From assembly GCA_963765075.1 (NCBI GenBank), contig CAVXVA010000008.1:133078-197077 (forward strand): a DNA stretch of 64,000 nt, in the 5' to 3' direction. How positions within the stretch are numbered: position 1 is the first letter of the stretch; each line of letters opens with the position of its first letter. Under the pieces are notes generated by a model that was not told the origin of the DNA, searched no databases, and saw only the letters and a program-made list of their open reading frames with translations. Origin of the DNA: an uncultured Acidimicrobiia bacterium (GTDB taxonomy: Bacteria; Actinomycetota; Acidimicrobiia; IMCC26256; JAENVU01). Shown here one piece after another: positions 21,535 through 30,518 of this stretch. Both the position numbers and the translations under genes were made by a program.

Positions 21535-23266
21535 CCGGCGCGTCGGTCCCTGCGGGCGACCGGAGCTCGGCGCTCCGACCCAGCGTGCCGGCGACCGCAT
21601 CGAGCAGCTCATCGGGAGTGAACGGTTTCTGGAGGAGGTTGGCCTCGTCGTGGGCCACGCCTCGGCGAAGGATCTCGTCGTCGGTGTAGCCGGACATGTA
21701 GAGATAGGTCAGGTCGGTCCGGAGGTCTCGCGCCGCCTCGATGACGGCGCGACCGCCCATGTCCGGCATCACGACGTCGGTGAGGAGCAGGTCGATGCGG
21801 GCCGGGTCCCGACCGAGGATCTCGAGCGCGGCCACCCCGTCACGTGCGCTGAGGACGGTGTATCCGTCGCGCGTGAGTGTGCGCACGACGAGGTCACGGA
21901 GCGCATGCTCATCCTCGACGACGAGAACCGTGTCCGACGCCCGGCCCCGGGCCTTGGGTTTTGGGGTCGCGGGCGCGGCGGTGGGAGCGTCGCCGGTCGC
22001 TGGGAACGCGACCTCGAAGCGGGACCCTCCACCGGACGGAGTCGTGATGGAGATGGTCCCGAAGTTCTCCTTCACGATCGCATCGACCGTCGAGAGCCCG
22101 AGGCCGGTGCCCTTGCCTGGGGGCTTCGTTGTGAAGAACGGGTCAAAGATTTGGTCGCGGATTGCTTCGGGGATGCCGGTGCCGGTGTCGGTGACCACCA
22201 AGCGCACCCGGCCCAGCACCGGGGTGACCTCGATTCTCAGCTCACCACCGGTGGGCATCGCGTCGCGGGCGTTCACGGCGAGGTTCAGCACGAGCTGCTC
22301 GATCTGGGTTCGATCGGCGCGGATGGTGGCGGTGCCCGGGTCGACGGCGATCGATACGCGTATGTCCTCACCGATAGTTCGTGCGAGCATGCGCTCGAGT
22401 TCCCGGACGACGCGGCCGAGATCGAGCACGGTTGGCTGCCGAACCTGTTTGCGACTCATCGTCAGGAGCTGGCTGGTGAGATCGGCGGCTCGGCCCGCGG
22501 CCTCGTCGATGTCCTGGAGTGACTCGGCGGTCGCCGGATCACTCGCGGCGAGGTCGTCGATGAGCAACGAAACGTTGCCTCGGATCACGGTGAGAAGATT
22601 GTTGAAGTCGTGGGCGATACCGCCCGCGAGCAGACCGATCGCCTCCATTTTCTGTGCTTGACGAAGCTCGTCGTCCTTGCGTCGCAGTTCGGCCTCGGCC
22701 CGTTTCCGGTCGGTGACGTCGATCATGCAGCCTCGGGTCTGTACGATCCGTCCGTCGGCGTCCTGTTCCGGGATGGACTCGTCGTAGAACCACACGATCT
22801 CGCCGCTCTTGCTGATGACCCGGTACTCCGACCGATTTCGGTGACCCGCGTTGTTGAAGGCGATCTCCTTTTGGAGTCGTTCCCGATCATCGGGGTGCAG
22901 GATCTGCATGAAGAAGTCCGGACTCGAATACCACTCCTCGGTCGAGTAGCCGATGTACTCCTCGAGTTTCGGGCTGATGTACATCGCCGAGCCCACCTCG
23001 TCGGCCGCGTCGACGTAGATGATCGCCGGGATTTCCTGGACGAGGTTGCGGAACATCGCCTCCTCATCCTGGAGTTTCTGCGCGAGCCGCAGGTGCCGAC
23101 GAGCCACTTCGATAGCCGTAGCTCCGGCGACCAGCGTGCCGATCGCGAGCGGAGCCGATCCCACCTGAATCGACGCGTATCCGAGGGCGCCGACGGCGAT
23201 CGACAGCGTGAGTAACAGGCCGACGGACACGTTGCTGGATCGCGAACCTGAGTGTCGCCTCATCAC
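21524..23266 (-). CDS. membrane-anchored hybrid sensor histidine kinase (PAS, HisKA, HATPase_c, REC)
   Basis: 580-aa ORF. H-box GGIAHDFNNLL and REC VLVVEDEHALR...TDVVMPDMGG...YMSGY. Confidence 0.85.
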   Translation of the reverse strand: MMRRHSGSRSSNVSVGLLLTLSIAVGALGYASIQVGSAPLAIGTLVAGATAIEVARRHLRLAQKLQDEEAMFRNLVQEIPAIIYVDAADEVGSAMYISPKLEEYIGYSTEEWYSSPDFFMQILHPDDRERLQKEIAFNNAGHRNRSEYRVISKSGEIVWFYDESIPEQDADGRIVQTRGCMIDVTDRKRAEAELRRKDDELRQAQKMEAIGLLAGGIAHDFNNLLTVIRGNVSLLIDDLAASDPATAESLQDIDEAAGRAADLTSQLLTMSRKQVRQPTVLDLGRVVRELERMLARTIGEDIRVSIAVDPGTATIRADRTQIEQLVLNLAVNARDAMPTGGELRIEVTPVLGRVRLVVTDTGTGIPEAIRDQIFDPFFTTKPPGKGTGLGLSTVDAIVKENFGTISITTPSGGGSRFEVAFPATGDAPTAAPATPKPKARGRASDTVLVVEDEHALRDLVVRTLTRDGYTVLSARDGVAALEILGRDPARIDLLLTDVVMPDMGGRAVIEAARDLRTDLTYLYMSGYTDDEILRRGVAHDEANLLQKPFTPDELLDAVAGTLGRSAELRSPAGTDAPVSQ

Positions 23267-23424
23267 CGAACCCCTTTCGACACCTCACGCGGCCGAGTTG
23301 AGGGGGAAAGCCCGGCTCTGTCCGACTTTGGTCAAGGAGTTCCTTGGGAGTGTCAACTCGTTTTGCCCAAGTCCCTTTTTTGACGGTTCAGGTAGCTCAC
23401 GGGCGAGCCGAACAACAGGATGTG

Positions 23425-25539
23425 ATGTCGACGGGGCAAGAAATCAGAACGGCGCACATCTTGGTCGTGGATGACGAGTCGGCGCTGCGGCGGATCCTGG
23501 CCCGGATCCTGGAGCGTGAAGGCTACGAGGTGGCCACTGCCGGTGACGCGACGGCCGCGCGGGAACTGCTTGCGACGAACAGCTTCGACTTGGTGATCAC
23601 CGACATCACGATGCCGGGCGAAGACGGCCTGTCACTGGTCCGAGGGATTCGCATCGCCTGGCCGGAGACCGCGACCCTGATCGTCTCGGGCGTCTCGGAC
23701 GCCGAGGTGGCCGACCAGGTCCTTGCCTGCGGAGCCTCGGGCTATGTGATGAAGCCATTCCAATCGAGCGCGGTGATCATCGAGGTGCAGCAGGCCATCG
23801 GTCGCCACCTCCAGGAGCAGGAACGATCCAACGAGTTGGAGGCGACGACTCGCCGATTGGCCGATACCGAGGTGCGGTTCCAGGCGCTCACAGCTCAGAG
23901 TCCGCTGGCGATCCTGTATTCGGATGTCGACGGCCGGTGTGTCTATGTCAACGACATGGCGTGCGACCTCGCCGGCAGGCCCGCAGCTGCGCTGCTCGGG
24001 CTCGGTTGGGTCGATGTTGTGCATCCTGACGACAGCGAGGCGGTACTCGCAGCGTTGGCGCACGCCCGGGAGTACCGGTCGTCCTTCGTCATGGAGCACC
24101 GCATCCGCACCCAGACCGACGCGGTCCTCTGGGGCGAGCTCCGCGTTGGACCCATCGTCGGGGACGACGCCGTGGTTACAGGCTTCCAGGCGATCATGAC
24201 GGACATCACACAACGGGTGGAATATCACGCGCAGCTCGAGCGGCAGTCCACACACGACATTGTCACCGGGCTGCCAAACAGCGCGGTGGTGGCGACCTGG
24301 CTCGACTCGGGCGTCGAAGCGAACCGACCGGTCATCGCGATCGCAGTCGAACGCCTCGACGCACTGCGCGACGCGGTCGGTGTCGAGATCGTGGATGCGG
24401 TGCTCGGTGTGGTTGCTCGTCGAATCTCGGAACTGGTGGCCGGTCGGGCTCAGATCGGCTCATTGGATCGTGGCGTGTTTGCCGTCGTACCGCGAGCGAG
24501 TGGAGACGAAGATGCCGTGCGCCTCGCAGAGGAGTTGCTCGAGTGCGTCGAGGCCGGGGAATACCCGGAGTGTCCGAGTGCCGTGACCGCGAGCGCCGGC
24601 GTCGCCATGACCGATGGTTCTGTCAGTCCCATGCTCGTCCTCCGGGATGCCACGCTGGCGGCGCGACGAGGTGGGACCACGGGTGGGTCCCGCACGCGAT
24701 TCGCGGATGTTGCAATCCGCGAGCAGGTGATGCGACGGTTCGCGCTCGAGAACCGCCTCCGAGAAGGAATTCACAACGGCGAGATTTTCGTTCATTACCA
24801 GCCCGAGTTCGCCGTCGACGGTCGCTTGACCGGGGTCGAAGCGCTTGCTCGGTGGCAGTGCGACGGCGAAGACATTCCTCCCGATGTCTTCATCCCGATC
24901 GCCGAGCGGGCAGGCCTGATCGGTCACCTGGGAGCTTCGGTGCTCGAGCGGGCGTGCCATCAGGTTCAGTCCTGGCGGCGGACGCGCAAGGATCTCGTCG
25001 GCCTCGTCATTGCGGTCAATGTCTCCGCCTTCCAGTTGGCCGACGACACGTTCGTCGCGACGGTCGAGCAGATCTTGAATCGGACCGTGCTTCCCGCGCG
25101 CAATCTGTGTCTGGAGGTCACCGAGAGTGCGGTGATGGCAGATCCCGAGGTGGCGGTCGCCCAGCTTCGACGCCTGCGGGATTTGGGGGTCGCCATCGCG
25201 CTCGACGACTTCGGCACTGGCCACTCGTCGTTTGCTCAGCTGACCCGGCTACCACTCGACCTTCTCAAGATTGACCGCGCCTTCGTCGCCGACATGACCC
25301 AAGATGCCCGCAGCCGACAGCTCGTCGACGGCATGATCCACCTGGCGCATGTCCTCGGTCTGACGGTCATCGCCGAGGGCGTCGAGACCCACGAACAGCG
25401 GGAGTCACTCTCGCGACTCCACTGCGACCTTCTCCAAGGGTTCCTCCTGGCTCGTCCGGCGCCGCCCGACTCCCTGCCGCTGCAGCCGCTCGAGTTTCAC
25501 CATGTCGGAGCCGAGCTCGTGCAGCGTTACGCGCCCTGA
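23425..25539 (+). CDS. response regulator with PAS, degenerate GGDEF and intact EAL domains (likely c-di-GMP phosphodiesterase)
   Basis: Start ATG 23425 follows aacagga. REC ILVVDDESALRR...TDITMPGEDG. The GGDEF site reads LDRGVFAV. EAL motifs QPEF, EALARW, EVTES, DDFGTGHSS, KIDRAF, AEGVET, QGF. Confidence 0.85.
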   Translation: MSTGQEIRTAHILVVDDESALRRILARILEREGYEVATAGDATAARELLATNSFDLVITDITMPGEDGLSLVRGIRIAWPETATLIVSGVSDAEVADQVLACGASGYVMKPFQSSAVIIEVQQAIGRHLQEQERSNELEATTRRLADTEVRFQALTAQSPLAILYSDVDGRCVYVNDMACDLAGRPAAALLGLGWVDVVHPDDSEAVLAALAHAREYRSSFVMEHRIRTQTDAVLWGELRVGPIVGDDAVVTGFQAIMTDITQRVEYHAQLERQSTHDIVTGLPNSAVVATWLDSGVEANRPVIAIAVERLDALRDAVGVEIVDAVLGVVARRISELVAGRAQIGSLDRGVFAVVPRASGDEDAVRLAEELLECVEAGEYPECPSAVTASAGVAMTDGSVSPMLVLRDATLAARRGGTTGGSRTRFADVAIREQVMRRFALENRLREGIHNGEIFVHYQPEFAVDGRLTGVEALARWQCDGEDIPPDVFIPIAERAGLIGHLGASVLERACHQVQSWRRTRKDLVGLVIAVNVSAFQLADDTFVATVEQILNRTVLPARNLCLEVTESAVMADPEVAVAQLRRLRDLGVAIALDDFGTGHSSFAQLTRLPLDLLKIDRAFVADMTQDARSRQLVDGMIHLAHVLGLTVIAEGVETHEQRESLSRLHCDLLQGFLLARPAPPDSLPLQPLEFHHVGAELVQRYAP

Positions 25540-25594
25540 CTGAGGGCGTCGGACGATCCTACGAACACACGCCACGTGCGGCGGCTCACGCTCC

Positions 25595-26977
25595 TCAGAA
25601 GAGAACGGCGCAGCTGGACATCCGCGCCTCACCGCTGGTGCAGCGGTCGGCGCCGTCCTCACCGTCGATGGAGTCGTAGTCGGCGCCACCGTTGAGCGTG
25701 TCGTCGTCATCGCCGCCGTAGAGCGAGTCGTTCCCGGCGCCCCCGTCGATGAGATCAATACCCGCTTCGCCGTAGAGCGTGTCCCAACCGTCGCCTCCAC
25801 AGATCGTGTCGTTGCCGCCGAGACCGTGGATCACGTCGTTCCCCGAAAGACCGTGGATCACGTCGTTCCCGGAGGTGCCGTTGATCGTCTCGTTCGCAGC
25901 GCCCGTGCCCATGATGGTGATGACCTTGCCTTGACACGTCGGAGTCACAACCTTGAACGGGCACGGTTTCGTGCGTTGGTTCCCCGCGATGTCGAACCCG
26001 GTCACCGGGTAGTACTGCAGACCCAGGGTCGACGTGTTGACGAGCTCGGTCACCGTGGACTGAGGCACACCCGAGAGAGCGTCGGTGAGTGTCGCGGTCA
26101 CGTACGCGGGATGCTGGGTGAGGAAATACGTGGGCGTCGGGCCGCACTTGACGGCTGGCGGCGTCACGTCGCGCCGGATCGTCACGGACCTCGTCGTCGG
26201 ACCACCAACACCGGCCGACGTTGCGGTGCACGTGTACGTCTTGCCGGCCGTGTTCGTGCTCAACAGCTTGTAGCCGCAGCCGACCGCCGACACGATCGGC
26301 GATTCGAGATCTTCGACCATCCACGTGATCTCGACGTTGGACCGGTACCAGCCACTCGCGCCAATCAACCCGGAGGGCGTGGGCATGACGACGGGCGGGG
26401 TGTAGTCGAGCCCGGCGGTCCGCCAGAGGAAGACACCCGTGTCATTGTCCGCCCCGTCTGCTCGTGAACCCAACCCCAGGCTTCCACTCGCGGTCGAGCC
26501 GGTCCCCGAGTGTTGATCGTACGAGCTTCCGACGATCGGTACACCGGACGAGTCGACCGACGCGGTCCAGCCGTACGCCCACTGACTCGAGAAGTAGGTC
26601 AGGCCGATCCAACCCGTCGGACGCATGTCGGTGAGGAACGCGGAGCTCGCGAAGAAGCCCGAAATCCCGCTGATCACCGGCGGTTCGAGCGTGGCGAGCT
26701 CGGCCCAGTAGTCGTCCATCAGCGCTCGGACCTGGGGGGAAGTGGCCCAGACCCATCCGGAGAGATTCTTCCCGCCGACGGTGCCGTTGCAAGGAGTCAC
26801 CCCGTCCGTAGGACAGACAGTCGCGATTTGAGCACGGCTGAGGCCGACGGTGTCGGTGAGCTCCCGCCACTCCTTGCCCTCCTGGACGGGTGCGGCCGAG
26901 GCCGAGTGCGACTCGATCCCGAACACCCCAGCCGAGAGCAGGACCATCCCGAGGGCGAGACAGGTGATCCGACGCAT
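25595..26977 (-). CDS. secreted protein with C-terminal hemolysin-type (RTX) calcium-binding repeats
   Basis: ATG 26977 follows GGAGG. Sec signal MRRITCLALGMVLLSAGVFGIESHSASA. C-terminus GNDVIHGLSGNDVIHGLGGNDTICGGDGWDTLYGEAGIDLIDGGAGNDSLYGGDDDDTLNGGADYD. Confidence 0.75.
   Translation of the reverse strand: MRRITCLALGMVLLSAGVFGIESHSASAAPVQEGKEWRELTDTVGLSRAQIATVCPTDGVTPCNGTVGGKNLSGWVWATSPQVRALMDDYWAELATLEPPVISGISGFFASSAFLTDMRPTGWIGLTYFSSQWAYGWTASVDSSGVPIVGSSYDQHSGTGSTASGSLGLGSRADGADNDTGVFLWRTAGLDYTPPVVMPTPSGLIGASGWYRSNVEITWMVEDLESPIVSAVGCGYKLLSTNTAGKTYTCTATSAGVGGPTTRSVTIRRDVTPPAVKCGPTPTYFLTQHPAYVTATLTDALSGVPQSTVTELVNTSTLGLQYYPVTGFDIAGNQRTKPCPFKVVTPTCQGKVITIMGTGAANETINGTSGNDVIHGLSGNDVIHGLGGNDTICGGDGWDTLYGEAGIDLIDGGAGNDSLYGGDDDDTLNGGADYDSIDGEDGADRCTSGEARMSSCAVLF
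25822..25875. repeat. tandem 27-nt coding repeat (two RTX nonapeptide triplets)
   Basis: gaccgtggatcacgtcgttccc occurs twice, 27 nt apart, encoding GNDVIHGL(S/G) on the minus strand. Confidence 0.9.
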
Positions 26978-27109
26978 GATTCCTCCAACGATGACGGGGC
27001 GCGCGGGAACACGCGGTCTCTGACCGTACGACGGCCGCGTCACGATTGGTATCGGACCTTGGTCGTAGGACCATCGGCGTCGGACGGAGATTTAGTGCTA
27101 ACATGCGCC

Positions 27110-27565
27110 GTGAGGCCGAACCTGCCATCCCCCGACCGGCTCGGCCTGGTGGTCGTCGACCACGGGTCGCGCCGAGTCGAGTCGAACACCGCGCACGAAC
27201 AACTGGTTCGCGATTGGGCCGCGACCCGTGAGTACTGCGCGGTCGAGCCCGCGGACATGGAACTCGCCGAGCCGACGATTTCCGACGCGTTCACCCGCTG
27301 CGTCGAGCAGGGCGCGACCACGATGGTCGTCGCTCCGTACTTCCTCGGTCCGGGCCGGCACTGGGACCGCGACATCCCGACCCTCGCGGCCGAGGCGGCC
27401 GCCGCCCATCCCGGGGTCCGCTGGCTGGTCAGCGCGCCGCTCGGCCCGGACCCGCGCCTGCTCGACCTGCTCGAGGCCCGGGTCGCGGCCTGCGCAGCCC
27501 ACGCCGAAGGGACGGGCGACCCATGCGCCCAGTGCACTGAGCGCGAGCCGTGCCGGTACCGGTGA
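27110..27565 (+). CDS. cbiX: sirohydrochlorin chelatase, CbiX (small) type
   Basis: C-terminal 151 codons of listed ORF 26510..27565. GTG 27110 gives VRPNLPSPDRLGLVVVDHGSRR...APYFLGPGRHW, with a Cys-rich tail CAQCTEREPC. Confidence 0.7.
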   Translation: MRPNLPSPDRLGLVVVDHGSRRVESNTAHEQLVRDWAATREYCAVEPADMELAEPTISDAFTRCVEQGATTMVVAPYFLGPGRHWDRDIPTLAAEAAAAHPGVRWLVSAPLGPDPRLLDLLEARVAACAAHAEGTGDPCAQCTEREPCRYR

Positions 27566-28317
27566 GCGCGCGCCGGCGCCTGCTCATCGGGCTGCTCACC
27601 GGCGTCGCGGTGCTGCTCGTCCCGGCAGTCGCGGGCGCGCACGAGCCGGTGTTCGTCACCGAGGCCGACGCGACTCCGGCAACCGGGCCGCTGCTCGAGG
27701 ACGGCAACCACTCGTGGGCGGTCTACGGCGTCCTTAAGGAGCCGGACGCGGCTCGCGGCGTCCGCACGCAGCTGACCGCGGGCCAGACGCTCGTGGTCGA
27801 CCTGCTGATTCCCGATCTGGCACCCGAGGTCGACCTCGCACCCGGCGACCTACCGACCGTGTCGGTCCGGTGGCCGGACGGGACCACCCGAAGCCTCGAG
27901 TCGGACCGGCGCGTGGCGTTCGACGAGCCGTTCAGCAACACGAGCTACGTGCGGATCGCGGAGCTGCGCGAGCCGACGAGTCAGACCGGCGTCTACGAGC
28001 TGACCGTCACCGGCGCCGCGCCGGCCCGCTTCACGCTTGCCACCGGCACCGTCGAGGGCTTCGGCGGTGCGCAGCGCGACGCCGAACCGGTTCCGGAGGG
28101 CGGCCTCGCCGGCTGGTACGCGACGCCGCCACCGACCGTGCTCGCTGCGCCGTCGACCACAGCCAGCTCGACCACGGCGACCGACCGGCCGCGGGAGCGC
28201 GCCCGCGAGGCGAGATCGGAGAGCTCATCGGCGGTGCCGTGGCTCCTCGGCATCGGACTGGCCGGGGTGGTCACCGTCGCGACGGTCCTCGTCATCCAGC
28301 GCCGCCGCAAGAGCTGA
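27562..28317 (+). CDS. secreted, C-terminally membrane-anchored protein of unknown function
   Basis: GTG 27562 overlaps the cbiX stop (GTGA). Signal peptide SARRRLLIGLLTGVAVLLVPAVAGA followed by HEPVF. A Ser/Thr/Pro linker, then TM helix WLLGIGLAGVVTVATVLVI and RRRKS. Confidence 0.6.
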   Translation: MSARRRLLIGLLTGVAVLLVPAVAGAHEPVFVTEADATPATGPLLEDGNHSWAVYGVLKEPDAARGVRTQLTAGQTLVVDLLIPDLAPEVDLAPGDLPTVSVRWPDGTTRSLESDRRVAFDEPFSNTSYVRIAELREPTSQTGVYELTVTGAAPARFTLATGTVEGFGGAQRDAEPVPEGGLAGWYATPPPTVLAAPSTTASSTTATDRPRERAREARSESSSAVPWLLGIGLAGVVTVATVLVIQRRRKS

Positions 28318-28363
28318 GCCGATATCGGCTCAGCTCCCTCGCGAGGTCCACCCTGTGCAGAGG

Positions 28364-29134
28364 TCAGGGGACCGGATCGGGGTGAGCCTCGAGCCATGCG
28401 GCGGATTCGACCTCGACATCGGTGAGTCGGGTCATCTCGTCGACGGCGGCACCGAACTCGCGGTCGAGTGCCGTCGGGATCCGGCCGGCCAGCGCCTTGC
28501 GCAGCCCGACGTAGTAGTCGAGCTGGAGTGCCGGCGACGCGTTGAACCGCGTCCATGCCGGCGGCGCCGTCCGGAGGTCGTCGACGATGGCCCGTGCGTT
28601 GTGGAGCTTGTCCGCGACGGTCACGAGCAACGTGGCCTGGTCGCTGACGACGGCAAGGTGGTCGAGGTAGGCGGCCTTGCGTGCGGACCAGTTCGCCGCG
28701 GTGCGTTGCGGCGTGACGGCGTCGGCCTGTTCGGGGTCGTCACCGGGTGCCACGAGGTCGTCGGTGCAGGCGCGCACGATCTCGAGGACCCGTGGTCCGA
28801 AGCGGCGGCGGATCTCCTCGTCGGCGACCCGGTGATCCTCGATCGCATCGTGCAACAGCGCCGCGACGGCCTCCGTCTCCGAGCCGCCCGCCTCGAGCAC
28901 GATCGCCGTGACTCCCAGGAGGTGGGACACGTAGGGCACCCCGGGCTTGCCCTTGCGGTGTTGGTCCTGGTGCAACTTCGCAGCCCACGCCAGCGCCTTA
29001 CGGAACGGCTTGCCGATGACTCCGGGACGATCGGACGGCGGGTACTTCACGTGCTGGTCCCCCACGGTCCCTCCTCGGTCGACACTTGCCCGGTCTGGAG
29101 CATCGCACTCCGGGCGGGAGGACTCCAGGGTCAT
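28364..29134 (-). CDS. HD-domain phosphohydrolase (RelA/SpoT-type hydrolase-like)
   Basis: HD signature YVSHLLGVTAIV...LLHDAIED. Start taken as ATG 29134 within listed ORF 28364..29269. Confidence 0.7.
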   Translation of the reverse strand: MTLESSRPECDAPDRASVDRGGTVGDQHVKYPPSDRPGVIGKPFRKALAWAAKLHQDQHRKGKPGVPYVSHLLGVTAIVLEAGGSETEAVAALLHDAIEDHRVADEEIRRRFGPRVLEIVRACTDDLVAPGDDPEQADAVTPQRTAANWSARKAAYLDHLAVVSDQATLLVTVADKLHNARAIVDDLRTAPPAWTRFNASPALQLDYYVGLRKALAGRIPTALDREFGAAVDEMTRLTDVEVESAAWLEAHPDPVP

Positions 29135-29337
29135 CGGACCCCTCCTGCCGCTCCCTTCGGCACCGCTCGCGAGCGTCGACACGAGCACGGCGGGTGACGA
29201 CGTGCTCGTGTACTGCGCCGGTCCTCGGAGATCGGTTGCCGACCGAGTGACTAACGCCCCTGGTCGCATCGACCGCCCGGCGCGATGTTGCGAGCAACGC
29301 GCCCGCGCGAGTCGGGCATCGGCAGAGGAGGGGTCCT

Positions 29338-29745
29338 GTGGTGGAAGTGACTGAGATCTGGACCTGGTCCGTGTGGGAGATCGTGCCTGTCGACGCCGAG
29401 TCGGAGACGGCGGCCGCGGCGACGACCGAGACCGAGGTCGGCCCCGAGGCCGGTCCGGAGGTCACGGGATTCGCCGTCGAGGCCAGCGACGGTCACATCG
29501 GTACCGTTGACGAAGTCAGCTACGACGCCGGGACCGGCTCCATCGTCGTCGACACAGGCCATTGGATCTTCGGAAAGAAGCGGATGGTCCCCGCCGGGAT
29601 GATCGAGAAGATCGACACCGAGGCACGCGTCGTGACCCTCTCCTGCACGAAGGCCGAGGTCAAGGCCGCCCCGGATTACGACGCGAGTCGAGCGGACGAC
29701 GCCGCGCATCGTGCCGGAGTCGGCGAGCACTACCAATCGCCGTGA
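29338..29745 (+). CDS. PRC-barrel domain protein
   Basis: GTG 29338 follows GGAGG. PRC-barrel-like core VEASDGHIGTVDEVSYD...GKKRMVPAGMIEKID. Confidence 0.65.
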   Translation: MVEVTEIWTWSVWEIVPVDAESETAAAATTETEVGPEAGPEVTGFAVEASDGHIGTVDEVSYDAGTGSIVVDTGHWIFGKKRMVPAGMIEKIDTEARVVTLSCTKAEVKAAPDYDASRADDAAHRAGVGEHYQSP

Positions 29746-29746
29746 G

Positions 29747-30100
29747 ATGGGCTCGTTGACGCCGACCGACGAATCCGAGGTTGCGTCCTCCCGAGTGTTC
29801 AGTGTTCCGTCGTCCGCTTTCGGACGGGTCGCTGCCACCGTGATGTTCGGGGCGATCCTGCTCGTCGTGATCGTCAACGTCGTCAGCGAGCAGGGAGCCG
29901 ACGACGTCCCGGCATGGCAGTCAGTCGTGTTCGTCGGAGCTCTCGGCGGCCTCCTCATGGGCTGGGTGCTCGGGCTGATCGCGGTGTTCCGTCGGCGCGA
30001 GCGCTCATGGCTCGTGCTCCTGCCGTCGGCGCTCATCACCGTGGTCGTCGTCAACGAGTCGATCCAGGGGCTCCTGCTCCTGTTCGGGCACGGCGAATGA
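29747..30100 (+). CDS. small membrane protein, unknown function
   Basis: ATG 29747 within listed ORF 29711..30100. Three or four hydrophobic helices; no family recognised. Confidence 0.5.
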   Translation: MGSLTPTDESEVASSRVFSVPSSAFGRVAATVMFGAILLVVIVNVVSEQGADDVPAWQSVVFVGALGGLLMGWVLGLIAVFRRRERSWLVLLPSALITVVVVNESIQGLLLLFGHGE

Positions 30101-30507
30101 GCAGCGAGCCGGCACAGGCGGATACCGGCTTCATGCTGCCGGCGACAGGTCCCGGCGTGACGGTCGACGTGACCGCCACCGTCGGGACGGCCTGGGAGTA
30201 TGCCTGCGAGAGTCGCGCCGTCACCCGGGGACTGACGAGCACCTTCACCGACCGGTACACCTTCCTCGGCCGCCGGCGCCTCACGGTCGAGGGTGCCGAG
30301 ATCCGGGCCTACGCCTACCGGGTCGAGCGGTCGCTGCGGGGGGACCAGTCGGGCAACGAGCGCAACGAGCTGTGGTTCGCCGCCCGCACGGGCCTGCCGA
30401 TACGGGTGCGCCGGGAGGCGGACCTGGAGTCGCCGACGCCGTTCGGCACGGTGAGCTACACCGAACAGGGCACCTTCGCGCTCGCGTCGGCCGCGCCGAG
30501 ACGGTAG
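30097..30507 (+). CDS. hypothetical protein
   Basis: ATG 30097 overlaps the previous stop (ATGA). 136 aa (MSSEPAQADTGFMLPATGPG...); no family recognised. Confidence 0.45.
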   Translation: MSSEPAQADTGFMLPATGPGVTVDVTATVGTAWEYACESRAVTRGLTSTFTDRYTFLGRRRLTVEGAEIRAYAYRVERSLRGDQSGNERNELWFAARTGLPIRVRREADLESPTPFGTVSYTEQGTFALASAAPRR

Positions 30508-30518
30508 AAGCCGCGGCG

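Noticed and set aside
25822-25875. Tandem 27-nt direct repeat considered as a possible CRISPR or minisatellite
   Set aside because: There are only two units and no spacers. They lie in frame inside the RTX-repeat coding region (GNDVIHGL nonapeptides).
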